DNA of 64,000 bases from Polyangiaceae bacterium (lineage in GTDB: Bacteria > Myxococcota_A > Polyangia > Polyangiales > Polyangiaceae): contig JBILLK010000036.1 of NCBI GenBank assembly GCA_044376115.1, positions 42,169-106,168 on the forward strand, in the 5' to 3' direction. Below the pieces are notes generated by a model. That model was given only the letters and a program-made list of their open reading frames with translations. It had not been told where the DNA came from and ran no database searches. Both the position numbers and the translations under genes were made by a program. Positions 58,610 through 64,000 of the stretch are shown in pieces; positions within the stretch are counted from its first letter, which is position 1; every line of letters begins with the position of its first letter.

Positions 58610-59566
58610 TCATGATGCTGAGTTCCCCGCCGCCGGCAACACCAGGACTTTTGCTCCGGAAGGGTTGCGTAGGATCGCGGGTGAGGTGGTCGACACCACG
58701 AGCTGCCCTCTCCGCATCAGGGAGGCGAGGCCCTCGAAGAACGCCGGCTGTTGTTCCGGATGAATGTGGAGTTCGGCTTGGTCCACGAGGACGAGGCTAC
58801 GCTCGAGACCGAGCGCGACCCATGTCGCTGCGACCAACAGGCCCGCGCGTTCTCCGTCGGTGAGCGCGCCGAGCTCCACCCGCGGTCCACGCGGACGCAC
58901 GAACCAGCTCGTGCGTTTGCCATCCCGTCGTTCGACCCCGTCCCAATGCAGCGTGGGCACCAACCTCGAGAGCGCCTCTTGAAAGGTCGAACGCCGCCGC
59001 CCCACCCGATCGGCCGTGACGATCCCATCGGTGCGCAGGGTCTCGAGGGCAAGGGAGGCTTCGTCTTCGCCGATGGTCTCCAGGAAGCGCCGCACGAAGT
59101 TGTACTTCGATGGTGCCTTGGTCGTGCGCAGGGTCCCGTCCCGCGGGACCTGCCCGTGGTCGCCGAGGCGTCGGTGGGCGTCGAAGTACTCGAGCTTCCA
59201 CCGCTCCGGGGCGACGTCGTAGGAGCGAAGCCATGCGGAAACACCCACGGCCACGCCGAGGGCTGGAGCATTCGCGCCGAGCTCCCAGCCGATGCGCAGG
59301 CTGTCGGGGTGTTTGGCTTCCGCCTGCTCGGGGAGATCGAGGTCGAAGGTGACCACGACCCGGCCGAGCCCAGGTCCGCCGAAGTCCTCGACGGAAGGAG
59401 GCGCGCCGTAGGCGCCGGCGTGCTCCTTCGCCGCGACGAGGGCCTCGAGCACCGAGGTCTTCCCGGAGCCCGGTGGACCCGTGATGACGAGCGGAACGTG
59501 TGGATCGACAGCATGTTCGAGCGATACGCCGCGAACGCCCCTGAGTGCGAAATGGGTGAGTTTCAT
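58610..59566 (-). CDS. AAA_21/ABC-type ATPase with degenerate Walker B and H-loop
   Basis: GPPGSGKT, LTDGER, LVLVDQAELHIHP, STTSP; ATGA-coupled to vgrG. Confidence 0.82.
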   Translation of the reverse strand: MKLTHFALRGVRGVSLEHAVDPHVPLVITGPPGSGKTSVLEALVAAKEHAGAYGAPPSVEDFGGPGLGRVVVTFDLDLPEQAEAKHPDSLRIGWELGANAPALGVAVGVSAWLRSYDVAPERWKLEYFDAHRRLGDHGQVPRDGTLRTTKAPSKYNFVRRFLETIGEDEASLALETLRTDGIVTADRVGRRRSTFQEALSRLVPTLHWDGVERRDGKRTSWFVRPRGPRVELGALTDGERAGLLVAATWVALGLERSLVLVDQAELHIHPEQQPAFFEGLASLMRRGQLVVSTTSPAILRNPSGAKVLVLPAAGNSAS

Positions 59567-61479
59567 GGGTTCAGAGAGATGAGGTTGGCGATCTGGGTGA
59601 TGGCGCCCGCGCTGAGCACGATGCTGGTACCGTCCACGGTGAGTGCGAGCTTTCCGGGCTCCATGACGATCGACGTGCCCTCCACGACGAGGGTGATACT
59701 GGTGGGGCTGCTCAACACGTATGGGCCATCGACCTGTCGCACCTCGTAGCCCCCAATCGTCACCGAGTGGTCCGCGCCCACGTGCAATACGTAGTCGCCC
59801 GTACTCGTGATCCGGAGCGTCCCAATCGACGTGATGGAGAGGTTCACGGCTTCCCACGCCGTGTTCCCGACCATCTGCATACGCGTCAGCTCCGTCACGA
59901 CGATGTTGTTGTTGCGGGCAACCGCGAGGCTGAAGTCGCGCCCGACCGACACCGTGGCATCGTTCAGCACCTCCGCCGTGAGGTCCTTCTGCGCCCGCAG
60001 GAACATCAACTCGGCGCCCGCGCTGTCATCAAATCCGATGTGCTGGTAGCCCTGCCCGCCGGGCGTGCTGATCCCACGCCAGCTCGAGACGTTCTTCTCC
60101 GCAGGCAGATCCCTTTCAGGGCGATTCTTCCCGTCGTGTACGCGGCCCACCACGATCGGTTCATCGGGATCGCCGTCGAGGTAGGCCACCAGCACTTCGT
60201 GACCCACACGCGGATGGCTCATGTGCCCGTGACGGGGGCCCGCCCAGGCCTGCGAGACCTCGACGCGACGGGAGACCACCGCATCGCGGTCCCAACGAAA
60301 CCGGCACAGGACTCGGCCGAGTTCGTCCACGTCGATCTCTCCGTCCCCGACGACGCTGGCACGCTGAATCCCCGGGATCTTTAGGCGCGGAAGTCGGGCT
60401 GGAAACCAGTGGCGGTCCTTCGGGATGCATGTGGCTACGTGGCGCGTGATCATCTGCCCCGGACCGGCGCGCCACTCACTGTGGACACGCAAGACCAAGA
60501 GCGGCCCCTCCGCAAGGGGCACGGGTGCGCGCTCGATTTCGAGCGCCACCCCTGCATGTAGGAAGGCATTGGTCTCCACCTCCACGGCATGCGCGGGCAT
60601 TGCCTTCTCGTAGAACCGAAGATGTGCTTGTCGCTTGAGTTCGGCCTGCGTGTTCTCGACGTGAGGGTCGAAGAAGTACTGCGCAAGACGGGGGGCATCG
60701 ACGCTCACGTTTGCGACGCCTCGAGCCTCGAAGTCGGGGCGCTCGGTCCACGCGTCGCGCACGGTCACCCCTTCGATGGTTTGCTCAAGGACCTCCGCGA
60801 CGCGGATCACGATGGGCTCGCCTCCTACGACGAGACTGGCGCCCGGGAGGTAGGGAAGGCGACGGACCCCCGCAGCTACCCGTGCCGTGCGCGTAACGAG
60901 GTGAAGCGATGTCTGCTTCTCAAGGTCGTAGAAGAACGCGACGCCATCCTCGGCCAAGAGGCGCCGCATGGCGTCCCAGTCTGACTCCTCGTATTGAACG
61001 CGGTACGCGTGAACTGGCAGTTCTTGTGTGGGCTGCACGAGGACGTCGCCGACGTATGGCGCAACCGGCTCGATGATCGCCGTCGCGATCTGCGCTGCGT
61101 CCAGGTCCTTGAAGATGCGGCTGTTGCGCCTGAGCCGAAGAAAGCACGTGCGTGGCTCCAGGCGCATGGCGAAGTAGGACCACTCGAAGTCACTCGACAG
61201 ATGACGAAGACGCGTACACACCGCATGAATCGGCGGAACCGTGGGCTCCTCTTCCAAGACGACCCGCACAGCAAGGCCGATGACGCTGGCGACCGATTGC
61301 ACCGGATGGGCCAGCTTTACCACCAGCTCGAAGACGAATTCGTCGGAGAGCTGCTGATCCAGCGTGCAGGAATCGACCACGAACGTGAGTGTTGTGTCGT
61401 CAAGCTCCAGGTGGATGGGCACCCGCGAACGGCTACCTTCGACGGCTGCAACGGAAGCAAGCGGGGAGATGGTGCTCAT
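59563..61479 (-). CDS. vgrG: Type VI secretion spike VgrG (intact)
   Basis: SRIFKD, YRVQYEESDW, DVDELGRV, VSQAWAG, PRVGHEVLVAYLDGDPDEP, FLRAQKD. Confidence 0.93.
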   Translation of the reverse strand: MSTISPLASVAAVEGSRSRVPIHLELDDTTLTFVVDSCTLDQQLSDEFVFELVVKLAHPVQSVASVIGLAVRVVLEEEPTVPPIHAVCTRLRHLSSDFEWSYFAMRLEPRTCFLRLRRNSRIFKDLDAAQIATAIIEPVAPYVGDVLVQPTQELPVHAYRVQYEESDWDAMRRLLAEDGVAFFYDLEKQTSLHLVTRTARVAAGVRRLPYLPGASLVVGGEPIVIRVAEVLEQTIEGVTVRDAWTERPDFEARGVANVSVDAPRLAQYFFDPHVENTQAELKRQAHLRFYEKAMPAHAVEVETNAFLHAGVALEIERAPVPLAEGPLLVLRVHSEWRAGPGQMITRHVATCIPKDRHWFPARLPRLKIPGIQRASVVGDGEIDVDELGRVLCRFRWDRDAVVSRRVEVSQAWAGPRHGHMSHPRVGHEVLVAYLDGDPDEPIVVGRVHDGKNRPERDLPAEKNVSSWRGISTPGGQGYQHIGFDDSAGAELMFLRAQKDLTAEVLNDATVSVGRDFSLAVARNNNIVVTELTRMQMVGNTAWEAVNLSITSIGTLRITSTGDYVLHVGADHSVTIGGYEVRQVDGPYVLSSPTSITLVVEGTSIVMEPGKLALTVDGTSIVLSAGAITQIANLISLNP

Positions 61480-61486
61480 GAGATCC

Positions 61487-62395
61487 TCACTTCGACACGG
61501 TCCAGAGGGGAGACTTCGTCATCACGCCTTTCGCGAGCAACGCGCGGTCCAGCAGTTGGGCAGGCACCAGCACGCCGCAACCGAGCTTCCCCGTGTCGTT
61601 GACCAGGTAGGCGGTGACGCGGCCTTGGGCATCGCGCACGACACCGGTGACGAGAATGGCGTGTTTCCCGTTCTTGTTGTCGCTCGCGCCGGGCGTCTGC
61701 CAGAGGATGTCCGGGTAGACGCCGACGAGCACTCCCTTGCCGCTCTCGACGCCCTCGACAATTGCCTCCGGGCTCTGATCGAACGCCTCGGCGGGGATGC
61801 CGTGGTCCTTGAGGATCGCCACTTGCTCGTCAGCGCCCGTGCCGCCCGACTTTTGACGCAACGGCGGCTCTTTCGATTGGTCGGGAGAATATGCGGGCAA
61901 CCCTCGTTTCTTGCGAGCTGCGGAAGCGAGATAGGAATCGATGGCGTAGTCGAGCAGTGAATCTTCCGACAGTTGCTCGTTGGGCGGCCGACCGTGATTG
62001 ATCATCTGACGACACGACTCGAGCCCGCAGTTGTCGTAACTTTGGCTCTGGCGGTTCTTGGCTCGACCGGCCGCAAGACCTTGGCAAACACTCGTTGCCA
62101 GCGCCGGGGAACCCCCCACGGAAGGCCCTCCAACGAAGACGTTCGAGGAGCCCGGGCCGAGCGTGGAGCCGTGTTGAGTCCGAGAGATCGTCGTCGCGAC
62201 GCCAAGTTTTCCGAACGCGACGGTTGCGGAGCCTGTGGTGATCGCGTCAACGCTTCCCCCGCACAGGATCACGCCCGTGAACGTCATCAACGGTTGGGCG
62301 TTGACGTGAACGGAGCCGACCGGACGCGTAGCGACGCCCAGGTCGTGAATGGGACAACCGGCCACATCGCCGTTTCGAATCGCTGGCTTGCTCAT
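61487..62395 (-). CDS. PAAR domain fused to papain-fold (C39-like) peptidase
   Basis: PAAR-like N-terminus (PAIRNGD...ITTGSATV...HG...GSSNVFVGG); C-terminal QSYDNCG...HAILVTG...VNDTG triad. Confidence 0.82.
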   Translation of the reverse strand: MSKPAIRNGDVAGCPIHDLGVATRPVGSVHVNAQPLMTFTGVILCGGSVDAITTGSATVAFGKLGVATTISRTQHGSTLGPGSSNVFVGGPSVGGSPALATSVCQGLAAGRAKNRQSQSYDNCGLESCRQMINHGRPPNEQLSEDSLLDYAIDSYLASAARKKRGLPAYSPDQSKEPPLRQKSGGTGADEQVAILKDHGIPAEAFDQSPEAIVEGVESGKGVLVGVYPDILWQTPGASDNKNGKHAILVTGVVRDAQGRVTAYLVNDTGKLGCGVLVPAQLLDRALLAKGVMTKSPLWTVSK

Positions 62396-62462
62396 GAGCT
62401 GCTCCCCAAGTTCTTACGCACGCTCCTACATTCCACCGACGCTCTCCGAGCGCTCAGCTTTG

Positions 62463-62699
62463 TTACTGGAGGTAGGGCCCGCCACCTTCGGGAGTGCAGA
62501 CAAAGCCTTCGGGGCAGCTCGAGTCATCGCCGCAGCAGATCATGGCTGAGCAACTGAGAATAAGCAGAGCCAGAGCAGACTTGGCTGCCCCCCTCGGTCT
62601 CGCTTCGCTCGCCCGGTCCCCCCAAACTCGCGCTGCGCGCTCGCGGGGGGACACATGGGGACCGTCCAACCGGTTAGCAGCCAACTCGTTTCTCTTCAT
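62463..62699 (-). pseudogene. Short lipoprotein-like ORF or remnant with embedded palindromic repeat
   Basis: 78 aa; hydrophobic segment ending MICCG; REP-like hairpin at about 62588-62651. Confidence 0.35.
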
Positions 62700-62727
62700 C
62701 GTTGTTCAATCCCTGGCCAGAGGTCGA

Positions 62728-62768
62728 GCTGCTCAGTTTTCTCGGGTGTGGGCGTACGATTTCGGCGC
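62728..62768. repeat. 41-bp direct repeat, right copy
   Basis: Identical to 56119-56159. Confidence 0.9.
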
Positions 62769-62785
62769 CCTCGGTTGGCGAGAGG

Positions 62786-64000
62786 TCACCAGTCCTGGCG
62801 CTCTGCGCTGAGGCCTACCGCACCCGCGGTGGCTTGATTGCCGGGCCCGCCGTCACCACCAAGACCACCCATTCCTGCTGAGCCGAGCGTGATTTCGATG
62901 GAACCTTCCTCACTCGGAGCAGTGCCGAGAAAGGCGATGCCCACAGAAGGTCCGCCGCGTCCGCCGCCACCGGCGCCGCCGCGACCGCCGGCTCCGCCAG
63001 GGCCACCGGGGCAGGCCCCAGCGCCTTGTTGAATGCCCTCTTCCCCGCCTGCCATCCCGGGCTGCCCAGCATCCCCGGCGCCGCCGGCACCGCCGTTGCT
63101 CGTGCTGATGGTGACGTCTTCGAGCGTGAGGGTGGCGTTGATGGAGACGATTCCGAAGCTACCGCCGCCGCCTTGTCCGGGCTCGCCAACGTTGCCGCCG
63201 CAGCCGCCTGCTCCGCCGCCGCCGCCGGAAGGGCCTGCTCCGAGCATGCCGGTGGTGCAAAGGTTGGCTCCGCCACCGCCGCCGCCGCCTTGTCCGGGAG
63301 AGCCGGCGGTTTGGCCGGGGAGGCCGGGCGCGTTCAGGAAGCCGGAGGCAGAGAGCGTGCCGAGATCGGTGGAAAGGGCTCCGGTGCCGGGGAGGCCGGC
63401 TAGGCCGGCAGCACCTTGTCCACCTGTTCCACACGCGGTTGGCGTCGGTAGCCCAAGCTCCGCAGTTCCGCCCTTTCCTGTCGCGCCAGCTGGCAAACCA
63501 TCGCTTCCATTGGCCCCATTGGTTCCATTGGTCCCACTACCGCCAATTCCGCCCTCGACGCTCATTGCCTGGCACGTATTTTGTCCTCCTCCTCCTCCGA
63601 GGACGCCAACCAAACCAAGACAGCCATTGCCGCCGTTACCGCCATTGGCAGCGAGCGGCGTTTGCATCACACCTTGTGGCGTTCCAGCTGCACCAGCCGC
63701 TCCGGTACCCGCGCTAATGGTCAATCCGCGCAGCGTTCCGGTTGCGCCATCCGCCAAAACCGCGATGCTTGAGCTGCCAGCCGTTACCGCATTGGCGCCG
63801 ACGATCTGAAAGAACTCCACATCCCGGTCTTCATTGCCAATCAGCATCAGCGCCGGTTGGTCAACGGTACCTTGGAGGGTGGGCTTGGTGTTTGCCGCTG
63901 CAAACGTCCAATCAGCACAAGCGAGGCCGCCGGAGAGGGAGACGCCAGCGGGTAACGTGATTGACCCATTGAAACTGTCGCCGCCGCATACATAGATATG
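62786..64000 (-). CDS. Gly-rich PGRS-like myxobacterial protein, C-terminal part (runs off window end)
   Basis: GGGGAGGCGG..G..GQGGGGSFGI motif; frame open upstream of 63847 (ICGGDSF...GVSLSGGLAC). Confidence 0.8.
   Translation of the reverse strand, partial: HIYVCGGDSFNGSITLPAGVSLSGGLACADWTFAAANTKPTLQGTVDQPALMLIGNEDRDVEFFQIVGANAVTAGSSSIAVLADGATGTLRGLTISAGTGAAGAAGTPQGVMQTPLAANGGNGGNGCLGLVGVLGGGGGQNTCQAMSVEGGIGGSGTNGTNGANGSDGLPAGATGKGGTAELGLPTPTACGTGGQGAAGLAGLPGTGALSTDLGTLSASGFLNAPGLPGQTAGSPGQGGGGGGGANLCTTGMLGAGPSGGGGGAGGCGGNVGEPGQGGGGSFGIVSINATLTLEDVTISTSNGGAGGAGDAGQPGMAGGEEGIQQGAGACPGGPGGAGGRGGAGGGGRGGPSVGIAFLGTAPSEEGSIEITLGSAGMGGLGGDGGPGNQATAGAVGLSAERQDW

Noticed and set aside
59567..59857. 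N-terminal extension of the ATPase ORF
   Set aside because: Overlaps the vgrG 3' end in another frame; ATGA coupling supports a start at 59566
63980..64000. Possible 2-bp frameshift in the PGRS-like gene
   Set aside because: The frame stays open to the window edge; cannot be judged without upstream sequence

Overview
GC-rich bacterial window whose gene content points to a myxobacterium (Myxococcota, probably Polyangiales/Polyangiaceae-like; inference): Ser/Thr kinases, an FHA-sigma54 activator, a DUF1592/DUF1552 pair and many Gly/Ser-rich lipoproteins. It is an interbacterial-conflict hotspot. There are three separate type VI spike (vgrG) loci and no core T6SS genes. (1) 1.5-10.3 kb: a twice-frameshifted vgrG followed by DUF6484, a DUF4150-PAAR/VRR-Nuc toxin, DUF3396 immunity, TIGR02270, DUF2169 and a ketoacyl-synthase-like gene. 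(2) 44.6-50.0 kb: a vgrG 5' fragment fused out of frame to an effector 3' remnant, then three tandem paralogous lipoproteins. (3) 56.1-62.8 kb: an intact PAAR-peptidase, vgrG, degenerate ABC-ATPase, vWA operon bracketed by a perfect 41-bp direct repeat. Each of the three loci carries a gene with the same unnamed helical domain. Also present: an Rhs protein with a C-terminal HxE...PCxxC deaminase toxin whose reading frame is broken by a G19 tract and which has no co-directional immunity gene; an operon of a His-less GAF-EI(PtsP)-like gene, a Zn-ligand-less QueD, an intact QueD-like gene and a MutS-ATPase; and a REP/MITE-like repeat mosaic at 55.4-56.0 kb. I saw no rRNA, tRNA, CRISPR array or transposase. 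Family assignments come from motif recognition by eye, not database searches.
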